A stretch of DNA of 62,612 nt, filler included. It is 5 parts of 5 records of this genome, joined end to end, with 100 filler letters (N's around TTAATTAATTAA, not from the genome) between each part and the next. Parts side by side here need not be neighbours in the genome. Positions count along the whole stretch, not along the records: positions 1 to 13,450 come from SRR20825006_1928; 4 more parts are not named here. The stretch is one strand, 5' to 3'. The notes under the pieces were generated by a model. That model saw only the letters and a list, made by a program, of their open reading frames with translations, had not been told where the DNA came from and ran no database searches. Position numbers and translations under genes: made by a program. Position 1 is the stretch's first letter, and the number at the start of each line of letters is the position of its first letter. Positions 1 to 9,215 of this stretch are shown here, one piece after another.

Positions 1-1
1 C

Positions 2-175
2 ATCCTGATCAGCCACAACATGCCCCATGTCTTCGAAGTGGCTGATCGCATTCACGTGCACAGGCTGGGTCAGCGCCTCTGCGTCATTGACCCCAAGGAC
101 TACACCATGTCCGACGCTGTCGCCTTCATGACCGGAGCCAAGGCGGCGCCCGGCGCGACGGCCAGCGCGGCATAG
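2..175 (+). CDS. frcA: Sugar (fructose/mannose/ribose-type) ABC transporter ATP-binding protein, 3' end only
   Basis: My translation from nt 2: ILISHNMPHVFEVADRIHVHRLGQRLCVIDPKDYTMSDAVAFMTGAKAAPGATASAA*, TAG at 173-175. It has the ABC H-loop (ISH) and a C-terminus like rhizobial FrcA. Not in the ORF track; cut by the window start. Confidence 0.75.
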   Translation: MLISHNMPHVFEVADRIHVHRLGQRLCVIDPKDYTMSDAVAFMTGAKAAPGATASAA

Positions 176-211
176 TACAAAACCCGGCCCCGTTCCTCCG
201 TCGGGTCTGCA

Positions 212-245
212 GAAGCCGGCGCATCCTTATGGGGGCGCCGGCTTC
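212..245. terminator. Stem-loop between convergent frcA and dcd
   Basis: GAAGCCGGCGC (212-222) and GCGCCGGCTTC (235-245) form an 11-bp perfect inverted repeat; no long U-tract. Confidence 0.5.
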
Positions 246-1350
246 AGCCTTCAAATGCCTTGAAGTGCTTGGACAGCTTGAGCGTCTGCGCCTGATAGTT
301 TGAGCCCAGATCTGTGCCATAGAGCCGGTCCGGTTGTTCGGCCAGCGCTTCATAGATCAGGCGGCCGATGGTCTGTCCGTGGCCGAGCAGGAATGGCACC
401 TCCCGGCTGCGCACTTCCAGCACGGCGCGGCTGCCTGTCCCACCGGCCGCTGAATGGCCGAAGCCGGGGTCGAAAAACCCCGCATAATGCACGCGGAACT
501 CGCCCACCAGCGGATCGAATGGCACCATCTCGGCTGCATGGGTCGGCGGCACATGCACCGCTTCCAGGCTGACCAGAATGTAGAATTCATCCGGATCCAG
601 GATCAGCTCGCTCCGCCCGCGGGCATAAAGCGGATCCCAGAAGTCGCGCACATCCAGCGCCGCTTTCTTGTCCACATCGACCACGGCGGTATGCCGCTTG
701 GAGCGGAAACCGATCAGCCCGTCGCGGCCCTGGCCCATCAGATCGATGGACAGGGCAATTCCTTCCCCCACCGGCAAATCGCCGCCGATCACCAGCGTGT
801 CGGCGGCGTGCAGTGCCTGATGCTCGGTCACGCTGAGCCGGCTGTCCCCGCAGCGGAACCGCATCTGGCTCAGACGCGAACCGGTGCGCACCAGCACCGG
901 AAAGGTGCGCGGGCTGATTTCGAGATAGAGCGGGCCAGTATAGCCTGCGGGCAATTGATCAAAGCCGCGCGCCCGGTCGCCTATGACGCGGGTGAACACA
1001 TCGAGCCGCCCGGTCGAACTTTTGGGATTGGCCGATGCACTGACCTCGGGGGGCAGCGCCAGGCTCTCCTCCAGCGGTACCAGATAGACGCAGCCACGCT
1101 CCAGAACGGCGCCCTTGCTGAGGTCGATTTCATGCAGCTTGAGCGCTTCGATGCGCTCGGCCACGGAATGGCTCGGGCCGGGCAGAAAGCTCGAGCGCAC
1201 GCGAAAAGCAGTCTTGCCCAGCCTTAGGTCCAGGCTCGCTGGTTGCACCTGGTCGGCATCAAAGGGCCGGGAGGCGATGATCGCGCCTTCGGCATGCAGC
1301 TTCTCGATCAACCGCGCCGGAAAGACGCCTTTCGGCCAGGTCTCGACCAT
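244..1350 (-). CDS. dcd: dCTP deaminase (alphaproteobacterial two-domain type)
   Basis: Motifs QPASLDLRL, NPKSSTGRLDVFTR, GEFRVHYAGFFDPGFG and AVLEVR; ATG at 1350 preferred over the upstream GTG. Confidence 0.9.
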   Translation of the reverse strand: MVETWPKGVFPARLIEKLHAEGAIIASRPFDADQVQPASLDLRLGKTAFRVRSSFLPGPSHSVAERIEALKLHEIDLSKGAVLERGCVYLVPLEESLALPPEVSASANPKSSTGRLDVFTRVIGDRARGFDQLPAGYTGPLYLEISPRTFPVLVRTGSRLSQMRFRCGDSRLSVTEHQALHAADTLVIGGDLPVGEGIALSIDLMGQGRDGLIGFRSKRHTAVVDVDKKAALDVRDFWDPLYARGRSELILDPDEFYILVSLEAVHVPPTHAAEMVPFDPLVGEFRVHYAGFFDPGFGHSAAGGTGSRAVLEVRSREVPFLLGHGQTIGRLIYEALAEQPDRLYGTDLGSNYQAQTLKLSKHFKAFEG

Positions 1351-1399
1351 GATGCTTGCTTCCACCCCTGCGACTGCTCTTCCCTAGCAACCTCGGCAA

Positions 1400-1429
1400 T
1401 TGACGCCAACCGCCAATTGGCCTTACATC
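1400..1429 (+). promoter_or_regulatory. Putative sigma70 promoter for the metZ leader
   Basis: TTGACG at 1400-1405 and TTACAT/TACATC 17-18 nt later, just upstream of the riboswitch. Confidence 0.45.
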
Positions 1430-1431
1430 AC

Positions 1432-1490
1432 AGCCCAGTGGTGATTTGGCCGGTCGCTTGCAGCCACTTAAAACAAATTGCTAAAGACCG
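1432..1490 (+). ncRNA. SAM-II (SAM-alpha) riboswitch
   Basis: GTGGTGATTTGGCCGGTCGCTTGCAGCCACTTAAAACAAATTGCTAAAG fits the SAM-II pattern (GTGG..CCAC P1, GATTTG/CAAATT pseudoknot, GCTAAA tail) and lies in the 5' leader of a methionine biosynthesis gene. Confidence 0.9.
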
Positions 1491-1494
1491 TTGG

Positions 1495-1529
1495 AACCGG
1501 CCGCCATTTGCGAGCCGGTTTTTTGTTTT
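1495..1529 (+). terminator. Leader hairpin with U-tract (likely riboswitch expression platform)
   Basis: AACCGGC...GCCGGTT followed by TTTTGTTTT, between the SAM-II aptamer and the metZ ATG. Confidence 0.6.
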
Positions 1530-1542
1530 GAAAGCGCTGACC

Positions 1543-2751
1543 ATGTCCAAAGAGAACAACCCCCTCCGCGACCCGAAAAAGCTCTCGGCCGCCACCCAGA
1601 TGGTGCATGGCGGTGGCAAGCGGAGCCAGTTCCACGAGACCAGCGAAGCCCTGTTCCTCAATTCGGGCTATGCCTATCCTTCGTCCGAACATGCCGAACT
1701 GCTGTTCCAGGGCAAGGTGCCGGGCGGGCACAATTATTCGCGCTTCGCCAATCCCAATTACGATATGCTCCAGGACCGCATGGCCCTGATCGAAGGCGCC
1801 GAAGCAGCCCGGTGTTTCGCCACTGGCATGTCAGCAGTAACCAATGCGGTAATGAGCCAGGTCAGGGCAGGGGACCATATCGTCGCCTCCCAGGCGCTGT
1901 TCGGCGGTTGCCGCTATGTGGTGGAAGATTTCGCCCCGCGCTTCGGCGTCGCCTCGACCCTGGTCGATGGGCGCGATCCGGCCAATTTTGCCGCCGCCAT
2001 GCAGCCCAATACCAAATTGGTATTCATCGAAACCCCGACCAATCCGACTCTGGAACTGGTCGACATCGCCGCTGTCGCCGAAATCGCCCATGCCCACGGC
2101 GCCAGGCTGATCGTCGACAACGTCTTTGCCACCGCCCTCTATCAGAAGCCGCTCGAGATGGGCGCCGACATCGTCACCTACTCGGCCACCAAGCATATCG
2201 ATGGCCAGGGCCGCGTCATGGGTGGCATCGTGCTGGGCTCCAGGGAAATCATCGAAGGCGATGTGCACACCTTCCTGCGCCATACTGGTGCAACGCTTTC
2301 GCCCTTTAATGCCTGGGTGCTGACCAAGGGGCTGGAAACCTTCGCCCTGCGCGTCGAGCAGATGACCAACAGCGCCGAAAAGGTTGCCGGGGCCCTCGCC
2401 AGCCATCCCAAGATCAACCGGGTAATCTATCCCTATCACCCCGGCCACCCGCAATATGAGCTGGCCAAGAAGCAGATGAAGCGCGGCTCGACGCTTTTGG
2501 CGCTCGACGTCAAGGGCGGGCAGGAAGCAGCCTTTGCCCTGGCGGATTCGCTGGCCGTGATCCTGATTTCCAACAATCTGGGCGATGCCAAATCGTTGAT
2601 CACCCATCCGCGCACGACGACACATCAGCGTCTCACCGAGGAAGTGCGCCTCGAAACCGGCGTCACTCCGGGCCTGTTGCGGCTCTCGGTTGGGCTTGAA
2701 GATGCCGACGACCTGATTGCCGACCTGATGTATGGGCTGGATCAGGTCTAG
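1543..2751 (+). CDS. metZ: O-succinylhomoserine sulfhydrylase (Cys/Met PLP enzyme)
   Basis: YSRFANP, ETPTNP, DNVFAT, PLP-lysine motif YSATKHIDGQGR and NNLGDAKSLITHP; ATG at 1543 downstream of the SAM-II element. Confidence 0.88.
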   Translation: MSKENNPLRDPKKLSAATQMVHGGGKRSQFHETSEALFLNSGYAYPSSEHAELLFQGKVPGGHNYSRFANPNYDMLQDRMALIEGAEAARCFATGMSAVTNAVMSQVRAGDHIVASQALFGGCRYVVEDFAPRFGVASTLVDGRDPANFAAAMQPNTKLVFIETPTNPTLELVDIAAVAEIAHAHGARLIVDNVFATALYQKPLEMGADIVTYSATKHIDGQGRVMGGIVLGSREIIEGDVHTFLRHTGATLSPFNAWVLTKGLETFALRVEQMTNSAEKVAGALASHPKINRVIYPYHPGHPQYELAKKQMKRGSTLLALDVKGGQEAAFALADSLAVILISNNLGDAKSLITHPRTTTHQRLTEEVRLETGVTPGLLRLSVGLEDADDLIADLMYGLDQV

Positions 2752-2761
2752 CCTCTGGTGT

Positions 2762-2808
2762 CCCTTCTCCCCTTGTGGGAGAAGGTGGCCGAAGGCCGGA
2801 TGAGGGGG
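2762..2808. repeat. REP/RIME-like extragenic palindrome of rhizobial type
   Basis: CCCTTCTCCCCTTGTGGGAGAAGGTGGCCGAAGGCCGGATGAGGGG: a CCTTCTCCC/GGGAGAAGG stem, a GGCC-GAA-GGCC hairpin and a GGATGAGGGG tail. Only one copy in this window. Confidence 0.65.
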
Positions 2809-2812
2809 CGCA

Positions 2813-3631
2813 ATGCTCAAGCCAGTTCTATTGCTGATGGGGGTAGCCAGTGCTCTGCTCGCCACCCCTGTCTTTGCTCAGACGCTGCCCTATCACGCCG
2901 ATCCCGACGCGCGTGAAATGCTGCCCAGCCTGACCCCCATTCCGGCCATCCGCTTTCTCACCACGGCCGATTTCCCGCCCTTCAATTATCGCGACGAAAG
3001 CGGGGAACTGGTCGGGTTCAATATCGACCTGGCCAAGCGCATCTGCGTCGAAGTCGATGTGGCCTGCACCATCCAGGTCTGGCCCTGGGACCAGGCCGCC
3101 ACGGCGCTGTCCGACAATCTGGGCGATGCATTGATTGCCGGCCTCGCCATGACCCCTGAGAACGGCGAACTCTTCGATTTTTCCTCGACCTATCTGGCGC
3201 TGCCGGGCCGCTTTGTCACCCGCGCGGAAGACGTTGAAGGCTTTCGTCCCGACTCCCTGGCGGGTGAACCGGTCGCCGTGCGCGCCGGCAGCGCTCACGC
3301 CGAGTTCCTCGATCGCTATCTGCCCAACGTCGAAGCCATGCCCTTCGACACCGAAAGCGCCGCACTCGAAGCGGTCAAGTCCGGTAACGTGTCTGCCTGG
3401 TTCGGCGACGCCATGCGCGCGTCATTCTGGCTCAATGACAATCTGGCCTGCTGCGGCTTTGCCGGGGACGCCTACTTTCGCCCGCATCTTTTTGGTGAAG
3501 GCCTCACCATTGCCATGCCGGCCGGTCACGATCCGGTTCGCCATTCCATTGACTGGGCGCTGGTGCGCCTGAAGGAAAATGGCGCGCTGGACGAACTGTA
3601 CCTGCGCTGGTTCCCGGTGGGCTTTTACTAG
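2813..3631 (+). CDS. Polar amino-acid ABC transporter substrate-binding protein (family 3)
   Basis: Signal peptide, DFPPFNY..G.LVGFNIDLA, and a C-terminal LKENGALDELYLRWF. Confidence 0.85.
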   Translation: MLKPVLLLMGVASALLATPVFAQTLPYHADPDAREMLPSLTPIPAIRFLTTADFPPFNYRDESGELVGFNIDLAKRICVEVDVACTIQVWPWDQAATALSDNLGDALIAGLAMTPENGELFDFSSTYLALPGRFVTRAEDVEGFRPDSLAGEPVAVRAGSAHAEFLDRYLPNVEAMPFDTESAALEAVKSGNVSAWFGDAMRASFWLNDNLACCGFAGDAYFRPHLFGEGLTIAMPAGHDPVRHSIDWALVRLKENGALDELYLRWFPVGFY

Positions 3632-4263
3632 GCTGGCGCGCGCAGCCTGGCCACCGGCTGACGCGGCCAGCGGAGCACCAGTTCTGCCAAAATCAGGTTC
3701 GGCACCCAGCACAGCCAGGCAATTGCCGGATAGGCGGTGTCGAACGGGATGTCGAGCATCATGCTGGCCGGGATCTGGATGCGCAGGGTCACGGCCGCCA
3801 GCGTCAGGGCGATGGAGCGGATCATCCAACGGCGATGGGCAACGTGATCGCCGCCCATGGCAAGACGGATACCCGCGATTGTGGTGCCAAGCCACAAAAC
3901 GGCCAGGAGGCCAAAGCCAAAGGCTGCAATCGGTCCCGCCTCTGTGGTTATGGCCAACCAGAGCCCGCTTGCGCCCGAGATCAGCACGGCAATGCCATAG
4001 GCGCGCCCCATCAGGCGGTGAACCTGAGGTCGCCTGTCGCGCAACCCTTGCCAAAGCTGGAACGGCACCAGCGCCAGGGCGATCGGCGCCAGGACGACAT
4101 GCCCGAAAAAGGCGATCGGCCGCAACTGGGCGTGATAGGCCACGAAACCCATGGTGGCTTCGACGCCGCCTACCATGAAGCGCCATGAAAACACCGCCAC
4201 GCCGATCGTGAAAAACCACAACAGGGCGGTGCGCGCCCTTGCCAGTCCAGTCATCAGCATCAT
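3628..4263 (-). CDS. DUF2306-type integral membrane protein
   Basis: About six hydrophobic segments with conserved His motifs (GHV, HRLMGRAY, HRRWMIRS); GGAGG SD upstream. Confidence 0.8.
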   Translation of the reverse strand: MMLMTGLARARTALLWFFTIGVAVFSWRFMVGGVEATMGFVAYHAQLRPIAFFGHVVLAPIALALVPFQLWQGLRDRRPQVHRLMGRAYGIAVLISGASGLWLAITTEAGPIAAFGFGLLAVLWLGTTIAGIRLAMGGDHVAHRRWMIRSIALTLAAVTLRIQIPASMMLDIPFDTAYPAIAWLCWVPNLILAELVLRWPRQPVARLRAPA

Positions 4264-4280
4264 CGCCTCCTCCGTGATTG

Positions 4281-4320
4281 CTTGACACTGTAAAGGCCAC
4301 TATTCCTTGACACTGTCAAG
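4281..4320. promoter_or_regulatory. Tandem palindromic operator for the adjacent TetR regulator
   Basis: CTTGACACTGTAAAG (4281-4295) and the palindrome CTTGACA-C-TGTCAAG (4306-4320), 25 nt apart, in the divergent intergenic region. Confidence 0.7.
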
Positions 4321-4341
4321 CGTCGGCGTTTACTGGCAGGC

Positions 4342-4941
4342 ATGACCATTTCGCTGGATAAGCCACGCCCCCAACCCCATGGCGATTTGCGCGAGGGCCT
4401 CATCAATGCGGGACTGACCCTGCTGGCCCGCGATGGAACGTCTGGCCTGACTTTGCGCAAATGCGCCGCCTTGGCCGGCGTGTCACATGCCGCGCCGGCC
4501 CATCATTTTGACGGCCTGCCGGGGCTGCTCGACGCCATTGCTGCGCGAGGCTTCGAAATGTTTGCCGATGTGATGGAGGCCAAGGCAGCGGCAGCCCCGC
4601 AAGAGCCGCGGGCGCGGTTGGAGGCAATCTGCCTGGGCTATTTCGACTTCGCCCGCGACAATCCTGCCCTTTACGACCTGATGTTCCGCCAGATCTGGTC
4701 CTTGGCCGGTGCAAGCGAGGAACTGGGCCGCTCAGGCGCCCGGGCCTACGCCGTGCTGGCCGATACCTGCGCCCCCTTCGTGCCAGAAGGGCGGGAGCCG
4801 GGCGTGGTGGAAACCCAGGTCTGGAGCCTCATCCACGGCTATGCCACGCTGGTTCTGGTGGGCAAGCTCGGGCGCAATCGGGCCATTGCCTCGGTCACCG
4901 ACGTTCTGGGTTTGCTGGGCGGCCTGGCGTTGGCGGATTAG
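4342..4941 (+). CDS. TetR/AcrR-family regulator with WHG-type C-terminal domain
   Basis: [30 protein letters not shown] helix-turn-helix; WSLIHG motif. Confidence 0.9.
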   Translation: MTISLDKPRPQPHGDLREGLINAGLTLLARDGTSGLTLRKCAALAGVSHAAPAHHFDGLPGLLDAIAARGFEMFADVMEAKAAAAPQEPRARLEAICLGYFDFARDNPALYDLMFRQIWSLAGASEELGRSGARAYAVLADTCAPFVPEGREPGVVETQVWSLIHGYATLVLVGKLGRNRAIASVTDVLGLLGGLALAD

Positions 4942-5363
4942 TCGGGCAGGCGCCGATGCCGGGCCCGCGCTGCCACTTCGATGGCGGCCGTGGTCAGCCG
5001 GTCCAGCGTAAGCGAGTCACGCAGCATCTCGAGGAAGCGCAGTTCTTCCTGCTCCAGATGCAGGTCGACCGCGGTGACCTCGACCGCTACGGCATAGGCC
5101 GTGTCCTGCAGTTTTCTGGGCAGGGCGGCGATGGCGTCCTCGATCACCCGGTCCAGCCCGTTCGGTCCATTGAGCTTGTCGGCACAATCGTTGGCCACCT
5201 CTTCGAGCCGTTCCGGGTCGAATCCCTCGAACACCGGCAGCCGGTCGATCAGCGCCGTGATGCGCGCCAGTTCCTGCTCCGTCATGGCGCTGTCGGACGA
5301 CGCGGCCAGGATCATCAGGTGAATAAGGGCGTCTTGTGCGGTGTTCATCTTCGTCGTTTCCAT
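4938..5363 (-). CDS. TerB-family (tellurite-resistance-like) protein
   Basis: [20 protein letters not shown] and [25 protein letters not shown], the duplicated D..E metal-site pattern of TerB-like proteins; alternative ATG at 5348. Confidence 0.75.
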   Translation of the reverse strand: METTKMNTAQDALIHLMILAASSDSAMTEQELARITALIDRLPVFEGFDPERLEEVANDCADKLNGPNGLDRVIEDAIAALPRKLQDTAYAVAVEVTAVDLHLEQEELRFLEMLRDSLTLDRLTTAAIEVAARARHRRLPD

Positions 5364-5495
5364 TGGGCTCCGGCCTCAAGAACTAGGCGCTCCCACCGGC
5401 CCGCGCAACCACCTGCGACATTGACGTCCGGCCGGTTCCGGTGCATTGACCGGGCTCCGTCTTCTTCCGATAAAATTTCGAAAGGCTGCCACCCA

Positions 5496-7142
5496 GTGTC
5501 GCCCGCCACTTTGCCCGCCCTTGACCCCGATTTCTTCGCGCCCGCTGAGAACGCGCGCGCCTGGCCCTTCGAGGAAGCGCGCAAACTGGTCAAACGACTG
5601 GAAAAGTCGGGCAAGGGCGAAGCCCTGTTCGAGACTGGCTATGGCCCCTCGGGTCTGCCCCATATCGGCACCTTCGGCGAAGTGGCTCGCACCACCATGG
5701 TGCGCACGGCCTTTCGGCTGCTGACGCGCGACCAGATCCCCACCCGGCTCATCTGCTTTTCCGATGACCTCGATGGCATGCGCAAGATCCCCGAGACAGT
5801 CCCCTCCAAGGAGGCGATGGAGCCGCATCTACAAAAGCCGCTGACCTCCGTGCCGGACCCCTGGACCAACGAATATGCCAGCTTTGGCGAACACAACAAC
5901 GCCATGCTGCGCCGCTTCCTCGATACCTTCGGCTTCGACTACGAATTCGCCAGCGCCACCGACTACTACAAGTCCGGCAAGTTCGACACCGTGCTGCTGC
6001 GCGCCGCCGAACGCTATGACGACATCATGAAGGTGATGCTGCCCACGCTCGGTGCCGAGCGCCAGGCAACTTATTCGCCCTTCCTGCCGATCTCGCCAAT
6101 ATCGGGCCGCGTGCTCTACGTGCCGATGAAGGAAGTCAACGCCAAGGACGGCACCATCACCTTCGCCGACGAGGACGGGCGCGACACCACCGTGCCGGTC
6201 ACCGGTGGCCATGTGAAGCTGCAGTGGAAGCCCGATTTCGGCATGCGCTGGGCCGCGCTCGGCGTCGATTTTGAGATGTTCGGCAAGGACCACCAGACCA
6301 ACCAGGTGCTGTACGACAGGATCTGCTCGATCCTGGGCGGCACTCCGCCCGAGCACTATGTCTATGAGCTGTTCCTGGATGCCGAAGGGCAGAAAATCTC
6401 CAAGTCCAAGGGCAATGGCCTGACCATTGACGAGTGGCTGACCTATGCACCCACCGAGAGCCTGGGGCTCTACATGTTCCAGAAGCCCCGCGTCGCCAAG
6501 CGCCTGCATTTCGACGTCATTCCGCGCGCCGTGGACGAGTATTTCGCCCATGTCGCGTCCTACCAGAAGCAGGAGCCTGCCGCCCGCGTCGAGAACCCGG
6601 CTTTCCATGTCCACTATGGCAGTGTGCCCAAGGTCGATATGCCGGTGACCTTTGGCCTTCTGCTCAACCTGGCGACCGCGTCGAACCCGGAAACCCCCGA
6701 AGTCATGTGGGGCTATATTTCGGCCTATGCGCCCGGTGTTTCGCCCAAGACGCATCCGCATCTCGATGCCCTGGTCGGCTATGCCATGCGCTACTTCCGC
6801 GATTTCGTGGAAAAGTCCTATCGCGCCCCGGACGATGTCGAACGGGCTGCGCTCGAAGCGCTCTCGGCATGCTTTGCCGAACTGCCGGCCGACGCCAGCA
6901 ATGAGACCATCCAGAACGCGGCGCTCGATGTCGCGCGCACGATCGAGCGCTACCAGGACCACACCAAAAAGAGCCCCACTGGCGGCCCCGGCGTCTCCGG
7001 CGATTTCTTCCAGATGCTCTACCAGGTGCTGATCGGCCAGGAACGCGGTCCACGCTTCGGCTCTTTCGCCGCGCTCTATGGCGTTGAGAACACCCGCAAG
7101 CTGATCGGCAAGGCATTGGCTGGCGATCTGCTGACAAACTGA
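5496..7142 (+). CDS. lysS: Lysine--tRNA ligase, class I
   Basis: [12 protein letters not shown] (HIGH), [13 protein letters not shown] and KISKSKGN (KMSKS); in-frame GTG at 5496 downstream of a GAAAGG SD-like sequence. Confidence 0.93.
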   Translation: MSPATLPALDPDFFAPAENARAWPFEEARKLVKRLEKSGKGEALFETGYGPSGLPHIGTFGEVARTTMVRTAFRLLTRDQIPTRLICFSDDLDGMRKIPETVPSKEAMEPHLQKPLTSVPDPWTNEYASFGEHNNAMLRRFLDTFGFDYEFASATDYYKSGKFDTVLLRAAERYDDIMKVMLPTLGAERQATYSPFLPISPISGRVLYVPMKEVNAKDGTITFADEDGRDTTVPVTGGHVKLQWKPDFGMRWAALGVDFEMFGKDHQTNQVLYDRICSILGGTPPEHYVYELFLDAEGQKISKSKGNGLTIDEWLTYAPTESLGLYMFQKPRVAKRLHFDVIPRAVDEYFAHVASYQKQEPAARVENPAFHVHYGSVPKVDMPVTFGLLLNLATASNPETPEVMWGYISAYAPGVSPKTHPHLDALVGYAMRYFRDFVEKSYRAPDDVERAALEALSACFAELPADASNETIQNAALDVARTIERYQDHTKKSPTGGPGVSGDFFQMLYQVLIGQERGPRFGSFAALYGVENTRKLIGKALAGDLLTN

Positions 7143-7146
7143 TCCG

Positions 7147-7596
7147 CTATTTCAGGCCCTTCCTGAAAAACACCACGCGCTCGGTTTCTGCGAAGCCGAG
7201 CGCGGCATGCATCTTGAGGCTCGCCATATTGTCGGGCGCCGCGTCCGACCCCAGTTCGGAAACACCCGAGGCCCGGGCCCAATCTTCTACCGCCGCCACC
7301 AATGCCTTGGCGACGCCGTGCCCCCGCGCTTCCGGCACCACGTAAATGCCCTCGAGAAACGCCACCGGCGTCGTCTGGCAGCCATTCACATAGTCGCGCC
7401 GCAGGCTGGCTTCGGCAAAGCCGACCGCATGTTTAGTCTGATCTCTGGCGATCAGATTGACAGTCTCGCCCGCATCGGCCAGCAGCCGGTTGATGTCATC
7501 TGCATGCGTGCCACCATCACCACCGCCCGGCCACAAGGCGGTGCGCATGGCGATCCAGTCCGGCGCATCTTCCGGCACCGCAACGGCAATCTTCAC
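7147..7596 (-). CDS. GNAT acetyltransferase, AAC(6')-I-like (aminoglycoside 6'-N-acetyltransferase family)
   Basis: W..MRTALWP, GFAEASLRRDYVNGC.TTPVAFLEGIYV, ELGSDA and HAALGFAETERVVFFRK; GTG at 7596 after GAGGAGG. Confidence 0.8.
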   Translation of the reverse strand: MKIAVAVPEDAPDWIAMRTALWPGGGDGGTHADDINRLLADAGETVNLIARDQTKHAVGFAEASLRRDYVNGCQTTPVAFLEGIYVVPEARGHGVAKALVAAVEDWARASGVSELGSDAAPDNMASLKMHAALGFAETERVVFFRKGLK

Positions 7597-7625
7597 ACGT
7601 GCCTCCTCGCCCTGCATTGGAGTTA

Positions 7626-8078
7626 TCACACAGCCCGATATTTGTGGTCGACGAAGCGTTTCCAGCCAGCCTTGTTGCGGCTTTCCACGGCCCACATGAT
7701 GGCGTCTCCAGGCCCAGGCCAATAGATCTGCCGGGCACGGCCCATGTCCATATCGGCTTCAAAGCAGATGGCGTCGGGGGCGATCTCGGACGCTGCGCTC
7801 AGCCAGCCTTCGCTCCGCTTGCCGTCCGATGTGAACGACCAGAACCGTACCGTGCCGTCCCTGTCGACACCGAACAGGCATTTTTCCTGATAGGTCTTTC
7901 CTGAGCCCAACGACCAGTCAGCCATCAGCTCGATATATTTGCCGCCAAGCACCTTGGCGAATGTCCTTGTGCAACTGAAGCGCTCTGCTCCGGCGCCGCC
8001 CTCATGATGCCATTGGCCCAGCAGCGGGTTGAGAAAGCCCAGCTTGCCGCGGCCCTTAGTCCAGCGTGCTTCGCTCAT
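7626..8078 (-). CDS. Hypothetical protein, probable beta-barrel (DUF1579-like)
   Basis: LNPLLGQW..., FWSFTSDG; alternating beta-strand pattern; co-oriented between the S24 gene and the GNAT gene. Confidence 0.65.
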   Translation of the reverse strand: MSEARWTKGRGKLGFLNPLLGQWHHEGGAGAERFSCTRTFAKVLGGKYIELMADWSLGSGKTYQEKCLFGVDRDGTVRFWSFTSDGKRSEGWLSAASEIAPDAICFEADMDMGRARQIYWPGPGDAIMWAVESRNKAGWKRFVDHKYRAV

Positions 8079-8086
8079 CAGCGCAC

Positions 8087-8737
8087 CTACTGGCTCGCCC
8101 AGATGATCCGGGCCATCCATTCGATATCGACAATGTCGAAAACACGCGGCTCATAGGCTGGATTGACCGAATGCAGCTCGATCTGTCGCGCACTCTGGCG
8201 ATGAAGGATCTTGGCCATCACCTCGCCCTCCTGCGTCTTGACCACCACGCGGTCGCCGCGCCGCACCTGCTCGGTGGGGGACACCACAATCCGGTCGCCC
8301 TCGCGATACAGCGGCTCCATGCTGTCGCCCGAAATCTCCAGCGCATAAATGCCGCTTTCATCGGGCGTGGGCAGCGCGATCTCGTCCCAGCCATGACCGG
8401 CGGGATGTCCCGCGCTGTCGAAAAAACCGCCATGGCCGGCCTGCGCCAGACCCAGCAGCGGAATATTGCGCAGATCCGGCTCGGCAAACCCGCTCGGCAT
8501 CGCCATATAGGCGCCGGTGCCGGAGAGGAAACTGTCAAAGCTCTCCCCGGTGGCTTCCAGGATCTTCGAAATGCTCTCGGTCGAGGGCCAGCGCTCGCGC
8601 CCGTCCTTGCTCACCCGCTTGGAGACATTGAATGCCGTCGCGTCCAGCCCGGCCAGCTTGGCCAGTGCGGACACGGACACACCCTGCCGGCGCGCCAGCG
8701 CGTCAATACCATCCCAGATGGAGCGGTGTGAAAGCAT
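8087..8737 (-). CDS. HTH plus peptidase S24 (LexA/CI-like) transcriptional regulator
   Basis: N-terminal HTH (LAKLAGLDATAFNVSKR..RWPSTESI), Ala-Gly cleavage motif AQAG, catalytic Ser (GDSMEP) and Lys (VMAKIL). Confidence 0.88.
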   Translation of the reverse strand: MLSHRSIWDGIDALARRQGVSVSALAKLAGLDATAFNVSKRVSKDGRERWPSTESISKILEATGESFDSFLSGTGAYMAMPSGFAEPDLRNIPLLGLAQAGHGGFFDSAGHPAGHGWDEIALPTPDESGIYALEISGDSMEPLYREGDRIVVSPTEQVRRGDRVVVKTQEGEVMAKILHRQSARQIELHSVNPAYEPRVFDIVDIEWMARIIWASQ

Positions 8738-8855
8738 GACAAGGAAATCAGTCTTATGTCGGAAAACAATCCTATACTATGCACGCGCATTCACCTTGTA
8801 AAGAGGGCGCGTCCGCATTACCCCGACGTCCAGACCATGCTGCCTCGAGGTGCCC

Positions 8856-9215
8856 ATGCCGCATTCGCCTGATCTGATCTACAAGATCGCCACCCGCGCC
8901 AGCTATGCACCGGCGCGCGAGGCTGGTCACTATGCGGGCATGCCGATCGATGCAGCCGATGGCTACATGCATTTTTCCACGGCCGCGCAACTGTCCGAAA
9001 CCCTGCGCCTGCATTTCAAGGGAGGGGCAGACCTGGTCCTGCTGGCCGTGCGCACCGCCGATCTTGGCGAAAACCTGGTCTGGGAACCCTCGCGCGGTGG
9101 GCAGCTCTTTCCCCATCTCTATGGCGGGCCGCTGAAACTGACCAGTGTCGCCTGGGAAGCGTCAATCAGCGTCGATGCGAATGGAAACTGCAAGTTGCCG
9201 GAGGCCGTCCGATGA
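8856..9215 (+). CDS. DUF952 family protein
   Basis: LIYKI, DAADGYMHFST and WEPSRGGQLFPHLYG; its stop overlaps the pyrD start (ATGA). Confidence 0.85.
   Translation: MPHSPDLIYKIATRASYAPAREAGHYAGMPIDAADGYMHFSTAAQLSETLRLHFKGGADLVLLAVRTADLGENLVWEPSRGGQLFPHLYGGPLKLTSVAWEASISVDANGNCKLPEAVR

Noticed and set aside
1243..1542. ORF-track N-terminal extension of metZ (likewise lysS from 4956 and the kinase up to 13240)
   Set aside because: The extensions overlap opposite-strand genes or the riboswitch; family similarity begins at the downstream starts.
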